64,000 nt of DNA from Convolutriloba macropyga. Lineage: Eukaryota. The stretch lies in contig NC_134473.1 in NCBI RefSeq assembly GCF_964194025.1, positions 71,238,001 through 71,302,000 on the forward strand. The letters run 5' to 3'. Shown here piece by piece: positions 50,025 to 62,700 of this stretch; within the stretch, counting starts at the first letter, position 1, and the number at the start of each line of letters is the position of its first letter. Position numbers and translations under genes: made by a program. The notes beneath the pieces were generated by a model. That model was not told where the DNA came from. It did no database searches and worked only from the letters and a program-made list of their open reading frames with translations.

Positions 50025-53000
50025 CTGAAACAGCGTGCAATGATATCAATTTCCTATTCATTCTTCACCAGTTTAAGAACTGGCTTAGAACTTTGAACAT
50101 CGATCTATTGAATAGCCTTTTATATGGTGGGGTAATTCGGTTGGGTAATACAAACAAATTGTTTTTGAGTAATTCTGATCCCAAACGTAGGAAACCATTA
50201 GTATGTTTAGTTTTACGACAAAGAAAACACAAAATATGTCTTACATATTTCAGACCATGTTAAGACCTCGACTTATGAAAAGACTATACTCGACTAAAAA
50301 TATGATGAAAAGATCGTGCGCAACTGAAAATCTTATGAAAAGACCATACTTGGCCCAAAATGCGCATGAAAAGACATGCCCTCGGCACTGGAGTCTTTTC
50401 ATAAACCTCAATTTTTGACACTTTTCAGAATTTTTATCGAAGTATGCAAAGTAACGGACTCATTTCATACCGAACATTGCCTACAAATAAAATATAAGGC
50501 AACGAGGAAACTGAACATTCCGAAACATTCTTGAGTTTAAAATCGAATACTCCAAAGACATCTCTTATTTTCTGGTTGGTTTTGTTAAGTAATCCCGACC
50601 AGGGATAACTTAACAATCTCAAAATTATTTCCATCTCATGCAAACTAGAAATATTCATTTGAAACTTCATGGAAACCAGTTCTACCTCTCATTTGTGCAC
50701 CTCTCAGTTTTACTTCTCATTTTTACTTCTCATTATCATCTATAATTCGATTGACATCAAAGTTAATTGTTTCCAAAAATATAAATATTTTTAAAAATTT
50801 TGCTTTTTTGTTTTTTTTTTGTTTTTTTTTGTGTACTTATTATACCTAGGGTGCCATTGACACCTGCTTTTTTCCAAAATATACGGCACCCGGCTGCAAA
50901 AAGTGTCAAATAAATCAAATATGGAAAATGCAGTTAACTTTTGAGGAAAGCGGTGCTGAAGCACTTAAAACAATGAACTATTCACTAATGCCATTGTATA
51001 AATTCAACTGCTCTTATCCTCAGAGCACACGGGAACCTCCATTAAAGTTGTATTTTGAGAAGAAAACACAAAAACTCAAAAAAGATCAAATACCCAGAAA
51101 TCACCAACTTTTTCGAATTATCGAAACATCACAGCCACAAAACGGTTAATAGAAAAAATCAACTATTGTAAAAACCTTTCTCTCTTGAGTGAAGATGCAC
51201 CTTGTTTAACAGAAACTATGCTACAAGTTGACAGAAAAAGAAGATTTAAGAATCTACAAAGATTAAAAATTCACCGATCTTTTCAAATAAAATATTATCA
51301 AGAGCAAGAAAACTTCAGATTTACATCTAAAGAAAACTAGAAACATTAAATTGAAACTTCATGGAAACCAATCGTACCCTACAATGGTGTACCTCTCAGT
51401 TGTACCTCTCATGTGTGTAGACTTATTCTTAAGACTACAATTTAGAAACCTATACAACCTACATAGAAACTCAAAAATCTTCAAACAATTTTATAAGAAG
51501 ACACGTTGTGCAATCCATGAAAAATAAAAGTAATCATCTGAAAAGATTACGGGTGCTCCATTTGGTCTTTTCATGACATCAATGGTCGCACCCTCATTTC
51601 ACAGAAACGATGCGAAAAAGATAAAAAAATAACAACAAGAAATGGCAAGTATAAAAAAATTAAACTTTTTCCGAGAAACCAGATACTATCAACGCCAAAA
51701 AAGCATCTTGATACCTGAAATTTCCAGAATGTGAGGTCGGATAGCAAAAATAACGCCAAAAAACCTTTTTTGCTTTAAAACGGTTTCGAAGCCGTTAAAA
51801 TCGTTCGCTATTCAATCAAAACTTTCTATATGTCTGACTGCACATTCTGTTCAATGACTTGGCAAGGGACTGAAACAGCTTCAAAATGGGAAAAATGTTC
51901 AGAAGTCAAATTTTGTTTTGAAAACTCATGGTATCGTGGCTGCGAAATTAAAAGAAAACTATTACCGCTAAATAGATAGAAATTTCTTTATTTTAGATAG
52001 AGGAGGCAACTTGCTTTAACTGACACTAATCGAGAGTTTGACAGTAAATAAAACTAAGATATTTATTATAACAAGCTTTTTTAAGGACATAAAAGCCATT
52101 GGGTTTGAAACGAAATCAAAATATGCGCCCTATTATACCACTCAGGGGAGTCAATTGGATAATTAATTATTGCTACTCAGTTATAAGACTGCAAAAAGAA
52201 CAACAAATGTGGAAAAATACAAGAAGTGTAAGCAAGTGTTTATCAAAAACTTTTGTGGAAGTCATAAAAACAATGAAGCTTTCTCTGAAAACATAGTACA
52301 TGATCGAGTGGAATGATTTTCATGTCAAAATTGGATTCAAGTTATTGAATTTCGAACTGAAGCTGTTGAGTTCTGTAAAAATACATAGAAGAAAAACAAA
52401 CAAATTACATAAATGGTTTAAATGGCTGAGAAAGCGAACTATATTCTAATCAGAAGCTTCTGTCTTACGTAAACAGCACTTCGAACAATTTATAAGCGCT
52501 GAAAAATTTGAATCCAGGGCAGATTGACTAGAGATCATTCCACTTCTGAAAACTTGGCTCTAAAACCTGAACTCTGGAACCTCAAATCCTGAACTACTAC
52601 TTTAAAAACTACCACTTTTAAACACATTTCGAAAACTACCACGTACGTGGTACGACAAATCAAACAAAAAGACATAGCGGTGAACAATGTCATCAAAACA
52701 AACGTTCTTTGCTTGCCCTGATAAAAAAAATTTTTGGCATGTGTTCCAAAAATTATCATTATTATTTTTCTTTCATCAAAAATATTTTAAAAATGATAAT
52801 TTATAAAACTGTTGCCAAAATTTTTAGTCTCCTGGCTAGCAAACAGTTCAACATTCGTAAACGTCTGCCTGATTTCAGCAGATTTTTTTGTTTTTGGCTG
52901 TGTATTACAGCTCTGTTTATTTGGTTGACTGCTCTGCTTTTTAGTTGAATCATGGTACTAGTTACGTAGCTTTTTTAATGTCTTTTTTGACGTCAAAAAA

Positions 53001-53323
53001 GTTTCGTAAAAAGTGTGTAGCAGTACTTTTAAATAATTATGACAGCTTTACTGGATCTCTAGAGTTGAGATGCCAGAAAAAATATCTCTGATCAACTTAT
53101 CCTGCAAAACATTCCGGAGAGAAACTGTGAGACTATTGTTAGACAAAGAACTGTGACGATTTAGAGAAGAAAAGTAGTAAACAAGTATTTAAGTGTAGAA
53201 CCATAAACAATTGTCACAACCGAAGCTGAGGTCACAAACAAAAAGTGTCTATGTCCAGACCGAAATTCGGGAACCATTTTGGTCTAGCCTGTTTAGAAAA
53301 AATTTCGTCTCCCAGTTGTGCTT

Positions 53324-54183
53324 CCCGTGTTGAGGTCTAGACAAAAGTGACCTCAGATCACACAGACACAGACTGATGTGTCCTCTGATCAGACTAGTGC
53401 GTGCTCGAATCATCCTCTGGTCAGAATGAACTGCGCTCAAAATCGCCTATGATAGGACTGAAGTGCGCTCAAAATTGTCTCTTATCAAACTGAAGTGCGC
53501 TCGAAAATGCATATGATCAGACTAAAAGCGCTCAATATAGTCTGATCAGAGAATGGTTTTGAACAGGAACAAATATCTCAATACGGCTATAATATTTTTA
53601 TTTCATGAAAATTGATGTTTTCAGTAATATGTTCAACTAAGGAAAAGCCTACTCTAAAAATTTTGCTAATCAAAGGAAAACCAAATTGCCAAAAAATTAT
53701 TCAGTATGCCAATAATTCAAGTTGTTGACTGAATAGATGAACTTAGAAAGCTTTGCAAAATTACGTCTTGGTCTACAGTTATTCCGAATCTTTCCAAAAG
53801 GGGACTGTCAGTTGCTATCAGCTGGACTTCTTGTTTTTGTTCAACCCATCAAACTCTTGATGGGTCTCTGATCAGAATTCTGCTGTGTTGTTGACTTTTG
53901 GCAATGACAACATCTGTCAGTATAAAAAAGAAAACAAACAAGAACTTTAAGAAATAATTCGCTCGAATCGACCTCTAATTAGACTATTGTGCGCACAAAT
54001 CGGCCTCTGATCAGACCATCCAGACCGAAGTTACCTCTGATCAGACAAATTCCATTCCATTGTCCAGACTAAAGTGCGCTTGAAGCATTTTCCAGACCAT
54101 TTAATTCCAGCTCACCGAGAACATGTGTGCGCTCGAAGATGGTCTGACCACAGGTCACTTTGGCCTGGACACCTCGACCTGGG
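53324..54183. mobile_element. MITE (CMC/EnSpm-like), second TCTGATCAGA subfamily, 2-bp TSD TT
   Basis: Imperfect TIRs CCCGTGTTGAGGT..AAAGTGACCT / AGGTCACTTT...ACCTCGACCTGGG; TT on both flanks; TCTGATCAGAC and GTGCGCTC subterminal arrays. Confidence 0.8.
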
Positions 54184-54369
54184 TTGTTCGCCTATAGGCA
54201 ACTTCTCCTATAGTTAGTTTATGTAACTCAGTTACTCACTGACTGCAAGTCTCGAGCCAGGAATGAAAAAGCCGGAGGTTAAAAAACTGATCATAGTGGA
54301 AAATCTCAACCTGACTTTGAGACTTTTCCGACCCCACGTTAGCTACATTTTATAGCAAAAAAAACGCTT

Positions 54370-54672
54370 CTCTTGTGACCTATGATCAGACCGTATTGCC
54401 ACCATTTTCCAGACTTTCGTGCGACCTAAGGTCAGACCGTAGTGCGACTTTGCCCTCTGATCAGGCCCTAAAGCGACCATTGTCCAGACCATTTCCCAGA
54501 CTTTGCCCTCTGATCAGACCGTAATTCGACCATTGTCCACACCATCGTGCGACTCAATTGTTTCCAGACCCTGTGTCGCACCACGCCACCGGTGTGCTGC
54601 CCAGACTATTTAATTCGAGGTGGCCAGGCCGAAGTGATCAGAGCGGTTTAGGGTCGCACAACTAAACCCGGG
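54370..54672. mobile_element. Right-hand half of the 26989-type MITE, in intron 1 of the protease homolog
   Basis: Colinear with 27520-27782; ends GGGTCGCACAACTAAACCCGGG. Confidence 0.85.
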
Positions 54673-54726
54673 GTGCGTTCAAATTTACACGTTTTGCAAA
54701 AAAACGTACATCCACAGCTCGCTTAC

Positions 54727-54985
54727 CATCTTTGAAGCATCGCTGAGCTGTGATTACAAAATGCATCTGTATAATTGACCCCCCACAGATCATTTCATCC
54801 GTAACCTCATTCCATATTTTCACGTAAAATCGTCGTTCCAAAGTAGGGTCAACCCCATTTACAATTTTGCTAATAGTTACATCCGAAAATTTGTTTCTAA
54901 AATTGGGATAATCTAGAACTTTAGTTTCAGATACAAAATAAAACAAATACAAAAGAACTTTAATTGTGAAAATAGTGTTTTTCAT
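54727..54985 (-). CDS. Serine protease homolog, exon 1 (signal peptide, propeptide, IVNG)
   Basis: Hydrophobic N-terminus, SK|IVNG activation site, CGGSII, ITAQRC (canonical TAAHC); donor GATG|gtaagc in phase 1. Confidence 0.93.
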
Positions 54986-55191
54986 ATTGAATTCTTGTAG
55001 TTTCTTGATTATATGTCCTTGAAAATAACCAAATATATTCTCTTCTATAACTATAACTAAATAGTTTCTTTATTTGAACTATGAGAACCAACCCAATGAA
55101 CAAAACGACAAAGATTGAGATCAAGAAAGAGTTTCTCAATGCAAAACCAAGAAATGCTAGTTAGTTGGTGATGAAATTATTGTACCTGCAG

Positions 55192-55271
55192 AATGTGCGA
55201 GACACTGGTGGGGGGGGGGGGGGTGGAGGGTGTGGGATTGCACAGACGAGGACTGCAGGCCTGTAGTCAAG
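55192..55271 (+). CDS. Candidate downstream exon of the OCA2-like gene
   Basis: cctgcag| acceptor, AAG|gtaatc donor, 80 nt, phase-1 start compatible with exon 36169-36561; encodes ECARHWWGGGGWRVWDCTDEDCRPVVK. The frame depends on a G14 homopolymer. Confidence 0.5.
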
Positions 55272-56704
55272 GTAATCACAAACGAGCGCTTCAAGGTATG
55301 GTATAATGGTTGAGTTATGGTCTGCTTTCTGCTTTTTGTTCTAAATAAAAAAAACTGAACTTCTCTAAAGTGAGCAATTATCGCAGTGAAATTCATTTGC
55401 GGTAGGAAACAAATGTTTACACGAGTAGAGCCCTGAATCTTAAGTTTCGCCTTACAGACTAGACCGCCTACTAGAAATGTGGATGAGAAATTTATTCATA
55501 ATCGATACAAATGGAAAAACTGAAACCGAAAAATCGGAGAAATATAAAGCATGTATTTATTTTTTTTGGTAATTGTTATCCGGCTAGCATCGTGTCAGAG
55601 CAAGGGCATACTGTGTGAGAGGTTTGACGAATATGCATTTTTCCGAGAAAGGAGTTTAAATAATGTGTTTGAGTTATTTACTGACTGACTTAAAAAAAGT
55701 TCAAAATAAGAACAGAAATAAAAGGTTTTTGATGCTCTTTTGCCATATAATGAAATAAATTGATCAGTTGCAAATTTTCATCGGATGTAACCCCTTTAGC
55801 CATTTATGGACCATTTTGGCATACAACCTGCTATTTCTGGTCTCATGATTTTTTTTGTCTGAAATTGAATTGAGTTTTCTGATTCCTTTCAAATTGTCTG
55901 GGCTTTCCTGGGACACTAAATCATTGCATGGTTTGACTCGGTCTGTTGGGAGGTCCTGGATTGTCTAGGAGGCCTGAGTCGTCTGGTTTGTCTGGCGTTT
56001 GATCTGTTTTGTATGGAGTTAATGATTTACTTGTCTTGTCTGGTTAATAATTGGGTTGTCTGGAAAAAATTTAGACTTCTGAACCCTGAAAAAATTAATT
56101 GTTTATGAATCTCTAATTTTTTCACTTTTTTATCTGAAAAGTTTTACCTCACTTATATTGGTTAGAATATCCTGACTCATATTCTCAGCACAACAACACA
56201 ATTTTCAGACCCAAAATATTGATTTGCGTGATCTTTTCATTCACTGATAGCTCACAATGAAAATCATTCTTTACAAAAATTATTCTTAATTTCGCAAACT
56301 CAATTTTCGCAAACCGTAAGAGAAGAAAAAACATTGGAAAAATTTGGGTGCAGCAGATAACAAACCTATATACTCATCCATAAAAAAGATTCCTTCAGCT
56401 GCAGATTCGTATAGGCAGTTAAAAAATTTTCTATTCAAATATAATCCATCGAGACTTTTGCGTCCCCGTTTTCTGCGTTTGTCCGCTTGCTCCTGAAATT
56501 TGATAGTTGGCTTTTAGATTCAATAATGAATTTGAATGTCGAGTAACTCGGCGTTTTTTTGCTTCATAACAGGATTTGTTCCTTATTTGTTCCAAATGCA
56601 ACGTCACTTAATAGAACTTCATCGTTCTACTTGTGGTGGTCTATAATGTGTACCAATAGTGTCACCAAATAAACATGTTTTCTTAACATTACACTAGGAC
56701 ATAT

Positions 56705-59700
56705 TAAAATGTGAGGATCCCGATATTAATATTTATATCTGTGTATTAATTGGTATGCGGAATTGTGTTTCAAGGTTGTTATAATTGTTTCCTTCTGCCT
56801 GAAGTGTCTTAGTTGATGAACTGTGTTACCGAATAAATAGCAAAATGAGCAACGCTCTATTTAATGAAATGAACAATCTACTCAGCGAGAAAGTTTTATT
56901 ATGTTGTTTCTTAACCATGTAAGCCTTATATCCGTTTTCGGGTATATAAAGCTCAGAAAAAGTTCGTTTAACATAATTTTCGTTGAACCTACTGATATTC
57001 TAAATCGATTGCGCTCATTTTATGCTGAATAATTTTATGTTTCAAAAACTTCTCGGTGATCAACTTGAGCCTAGGACCTGCCATAAAATGTTACTAGATC
57101 CGCAGGTTTGATGCAATTTTGAATACATTTAAATACAGTTTGGCCTCACCAGATGTTTTTATCGAAATTATGATGAATTAAACAATATTCCGAAAGAGTG
57201 TTCTTTCACCTATATTTTGCGACGCTATATTTTTTTTCAGCTTTACTCTGACGAATCGTCTTTTCATTATAGAGACACCCCAAGTGCAAGGCCAAACAGT
57301 AGTAACTTTTACTCATCTGGAGGATCTGCAACTTGAACGAGCACTTCCTGTGAAGAGAGAGTTCTAGCCTTTGCGGAGTGGGGGGATTGCAAGGAGTTGT
57401 GTATAAGCTGCACGTCGCCCATCAGCGACCGATGAGGCCAAAATAATTACAACGAGGTTGTGGAACTTAGCCACACGGGAGGCCTCATGTCTCTGGGAAC
57501 AAACGTGTCAGACCGGTGCAGATTTTGACAGACCTCGAAATGGTGGCAAAGGCCGTTGGATCTGAAATGCAGACAACAAATGACACTAACATCGTCATTA
57601 AACAACAATAACACAATCTGAGTGCTATACATAGATTGACATTAAGACAGGTGTGTCGAGAGTGCAGGTAGAGGTGCAGTATAAAGTGTGATACTCTCAT
57701 CAACTGCAAGATGACAGAACTGTAAGACATCCAAAAAAACTTAATTTTTGTCTTTGAAGTCCTATATTGATTATCTTAGCTGGCAAATCTAACCCCCCAA
57801 AGCTCATTTCCTATCCTATATAGCAAGCAAATTCAAATTGACAGTGTAAACGATAACTTATCTTTACATTTGTTTGAAAAAACTTTTGATTATGACAAAT
57901 TTTGGTCAAAATCTAGAAATAATCAAATTGCGGTTTTTTTGCTGTTCTTGACATAAAAGCGAGGCAAAAAAAAGTTTGAAAAAATTGACCTATTGTGAAA
58001 AAAACCATAGCAATTTATAGAAAAAGTATTTTTTAATCCCAGATTCAATAATTGCATAAATTGTCAATTTCAAAAAAGAAGAAGAAGTTGATCAAGCTTT
58101 TCAAATTTGGATAAAAACTCAGTATTGAGAATTTAAAATTTCTTCAAAAAAATTTCGTAAGACTTTTAATACGGTTAGGAAAGTCTTGAGATTTCCGTGT
58201 TGAAAATATGAGGATTCCGATATTAATAATTATATCTGTGTATTAATGGTATGCGGAATTGTGTTTCAAGGTTGTTAAAATTGTTTCCTTCTGCTTGAAG
58301 TGTCTTAGTTGATGAACCGTGTTATCGAATAAATAGCACAATGAGCAACGCTCTATTTAATGAAATGAGCAATCTACTCAGCGAGAAAGTTTTATTACGT
58401 TATTTCTTAACCATATCAGCCTTATATCCGTTTTTCGGCATAGAAAGCTCAAAAAAAGTTTGTTTAACATAATTTTGGTTGAACCTATTGATATACTAAA
58501 CCGATTGCGCTCATTTTATGCTGAATAATTTTATGTTTCAAAAACTTCTCGGTAATCAACTTGAACCTAGGACCTGCCAAAAAATTTTACTAGATCTGCC
58601 GGTTTGATGCCTTTTTGAATACGTTTAATTACAGTTGTACCTCGCCAGATGTCTTTATCGAAATTATGATGAATTAAACATTGTTCCGATAGAGTGTTCT
58701 CTCACCTATATTTTGCGCCGTTATATTTTTTGTCAGCTTTACACTGACGAATCGTCCTTTCATCATAGAGACACCCCAAGTGCAAGGCCAAACAGTAGTA
58801 ACTTTTACTCATCTGGAGGATCTGCAACTTGAACGAGCACTTCCTGTGAAGAGAGAGTTCTAGCCTTTGCGGAGTGGGGGGATTGCAAGGAGTTGTGTAT
58901 AAGCTGCACGTCGCCCATCAGCGACCGATGAGGCCAAAATAGTTACAACGAGGTTGTGGAACTTAGCCAGACGGGAGGCCTCATGTCTCTGGGAACAAGC
59001 GTGTCAGACCGGTGCAGATTTTGGCAGACCTCAATATGGTGGCAAGTGCCGTTGGATCTGAAATGCAGACAACAAAGGACACTAACATCATCAACAAATA
59101 ACAATAACACAATCTGAGTGCTATACATAGATTGACATTAAACAAGGCGTGTCAAGAGTGCAGGTCGAGGTTCAGTATAAAGTGTGATACTCTCATCGAC
59201 TGCAAGATGACAGAACTGTAAGACATCCAAAAAAACTTAATTTTTGTCTTTGAAGTCCTATATTGATTATCGTAACCGGCAAATCTAACCCCCCAAAGCC
59301 CATTTCCTATCCTACATAGCAAGTAAATTCAAATTGACCGGGTAAACGATAACTTATCTTTACATTTGTTTGAAAAAACTTTTGATTATGACAAATTTTG
59401 GTCAAAATCTAGAAATAATCAAATTGCGGTTTTTTTGCTGTTCTTGACATAAAAGCGAGGCAAAAAAAACTTGAAAAAAATTGACCTATTGTGAAAAAAA
59501 CCATGGCAATTTATAGAAAAAGAATTTTTTAATCCTAGATTTATTAATTGCAGAAATTGTCAATTTCAAAAAAGAAGAACAAGTTGATCAAGCTTTTCAA
59601 ATTTGGAAAAAAACTCAGTATTGAGAATTTAAAAATTCTGTAAAAAAATTTCGTAAAATTTTTAATACGGTTAAGAAAGTCTTGAGATTTCCGTATTGAT

Positions 59701-62700
59701 AATGTGAGGATTCCGATATTAATAATTATATCTGTGTATTAATGGTATGCGGAATTGTGTTTCAAGGTTGTTATAATTGTTTCCTTCTGCTTGATGTGTC
59801 TTAGTTGATGAACTGTGTTACCGAATAAATAGCAAAATGAGCAACGCTCTATTTAATGAAATGAACAATCTACTCAGAGAGAAAATTTTATTACGTTATT
59901 TCTTAACCATGTAAGCCTAATATCCATTTTTCGGCATAGAAAGCTCAGAAAAAGTTCGTTTAACATAATTTTCGTTGAACCTACTGATATACTAAATCGA
60001 TTGCGCTCATTTTATGCTGAATAATTTTATGTTTCAAAAACTTCTCGGTAATCAACTTGAACCTAGGAAGCGCCACAAAATGTTACTAGATCCGCCGGTT
60101 TGATGCATTTTTGAATACGTTTAAATACAGTTGTACCTCGCCAGATGTCTTTATCGAAATTATGATGAATTAAACAATGTTCCGATAGAGTGTTCTTTCA
60201 CCTATGTTTTGCGCCGTTTTATTTTTTGTCAGCTTTACACTGACGAATCGTCCTTTCATCATAGAGACACCCCCAGCGCAAGGCCAAACTGTAGTAACTT
60301 TTCCGCATTTGGAGGATATGCAACTTGAACGAGCACTTCCTGTGAAGCGAGATTTTTAGCCTTTGCGGAGCGGGGGGATTGCAAGGAGTTGTGTATAAGC
60401 TGCACGTCGCCCATCAGCGACCGATGAGGCCAAAATAATTACAACGAGGTTGTGGAACTTAGCCAGACGGGAGGCCTCATGTCTCTGGGAACAAACGTGT
60501 CAGACCGGTGCAGATTTTGACAGACCTGGATATGGTGGCAAGTGCCGTTGGATCTGAAATGCAGACAACAAAGGACACTAACATCATCAACAAATAACAA
60601 AAAAACAATCTGAGTGCTATACATAGATTGACATTAAACAAGGCGTGTCGAGAGTGCAGGTAGAGGTGCAGTATAAAGTGTGATACTCTCATCGACTGCA
60701 AGATGACAGAACTGTAAGACATCCAAAAAAACTTAATTTTTGTCTTTGAAGTCCTATATTGATTATCGTAACTGGCAAATCTAACCCCCAAAGCCATTTC
60801 CTATCCTATATATCGAGTAAATTCAAATTGACCGGGTAAACGATAACTTATCCTTACATTTGTTTGAAAAAAGTTTTGATTATGACAAATTTTGGTCAAA
60901 ATCTAGAAATAATCAAATTGCAGTTTTTTTGCTGTTCTTGACATAAAAGCGAGGCAAAAAAAGTTTGAAAAAATTGACCTATTGTGAAAAAAACCATAGC
61001 AATTTATAGAAAAAGAGTTTTTTAATCCGAGATTCAATAATTGCATAAATTGTCAATTTTAAAAAAGAAGAACAAGTTGATCGAGTTTTTCAAATTTTGA
61101 AAAAACTTAGTATTCAGAATTTAAAATTTCCGTAAAAAAATTCTTAAGATTTTTAATACGGTCAAGAAAGTCTCAAGATTTCCGTATTGAAAATTTGAGG
61201 ATTCCGATATTAATATTTATATCTGTGTATTAACTAGTATGCGGAATTGTGTTTCAATGTTGTTATAATTGTTTCTGCCTGCGGTGACTTAGTTGATGAA
61301 CTGTGTTAGCAAAAAAATAGCAAAATGAGCAACGCTCTATTTAATGAAATGATCAATCTACTCAGGGAGAAGTTTTTTTACGTTATTTTTTAACTATGTG
61401 AGCCTTATATCAGTTTTTGGCATAGAAAGCTCAGCAAAAGTTCGTATAACATAATTTTTGTTGAAACTACTTATATACTTAATCGATTGCGCTCATTTTA
61501 TGCTGACAAATTTTATGTTTCAAAAACTTTTCGGTGATCAACTTGAACCTATGACCTGCCAAAAAATGTTACTAGATCTGCCGTATTGATGCATTTTTGA
61601 ATACGTTTAACTACAGTTGTACCTCGCCAGATGTCTTTATCGAAATTATGATGAATTAAACAATGTTCCGATAGAGTGTTCTTTCACCTATATTTTGCGC
61701 CGTTTTATTTTTTGTCAGCTTTACACTGACGAATCGTCCCTTCATCATAGAGACACCCCCAGCGCAAGGCCAAACTGTAGTAACTTTTCCGCATTTGGAG
61801 GATATGCAACTTGAACGAGCACTTCCTGTGAAGCGAGATTTCTAGCCTTTGCGGAGCGGGGGGATTGCAAGGAGTTGTGTATAAGCTGCACGTCGCCCAT
61901 CAGCGACCGATGAGGCCAAAATAAATACAACGAGGTTGTGGAACTTAGCCAGACGGGAGGCCTCATGTCTCTGGGAACAAACGTGTCAGACCGGTGCAGA
62001 TTTTGACAGACCTGGATATGGTGGCAAGTGCCGTTGGATCTGAAATGCAGACAACAAAGGACATTAACATCATCAACAAATAACAATAAAACAATCTGAG
62101 TGCTATACATAGATTGACATTAAACAAGGCGTGTCGAGAGTGCAGGTAGAGGTGCAGTATAAAGTGTGATACTCTCATCGACTGCAAGATGACAGAACTG
62201 TAAGACATCCAAAAAAACTTAATTTTTGTCTTTGAAGTCCTATATTGATTATCGTAACTGGCAAATCTAACCCCCCAAAGCCATTTCTTATCCTATATAC
62301 CAAGTAAATTCAAATTGACCGGGTAAACGATAACTTATCTTTACATTTGTTTGAAAAAAGTTTTGATTATGACAAATTTTGGTCAAAATCAAGAAATAAT
62401 CAAATTGCAGTTTTTTTGCTGTTCTTGACATAAAAGCGAGGCAAAAAAAAGTTTGAAAAAATTGACCTATTGTGAAAAAAACCATAGCAATTTATAGAAA
62501 AAGAGTTTTTTAATCCAAGATTCAATAATTGCATAAATTGTCAATTTTAAAAAAGAAGAACAAGTTGATCGAGTTTTTCAAATTTTGAAAAAACTTAGTA
62601 TTGAGAATTTAAAATTTCCGTAAAAAAATTCTTAAGATTTTTAATACGGTCAAGAAAGTCTCAAGATTTCCGTATTGAAAATTTGAGGATTCCGATATTA

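Noticed and set aside
54662-54726. Protease exon 1 truncated by MITE insertion (as the ORF track suggests)
   Set aside because: A strong donor at 54726 precedes the MITE, so the insertion is intronic and the gene is intact.
57380-57725. Plus-strand Cys-rich reading with in-frame TGA in the 1.49-kb unit (selenoprotein or alternative genetic code)
   Set aside because: TAA and TAG also interrupt the frame, no selenoprotein motif is recognisable, and host genes in the window read normally with the standard code.
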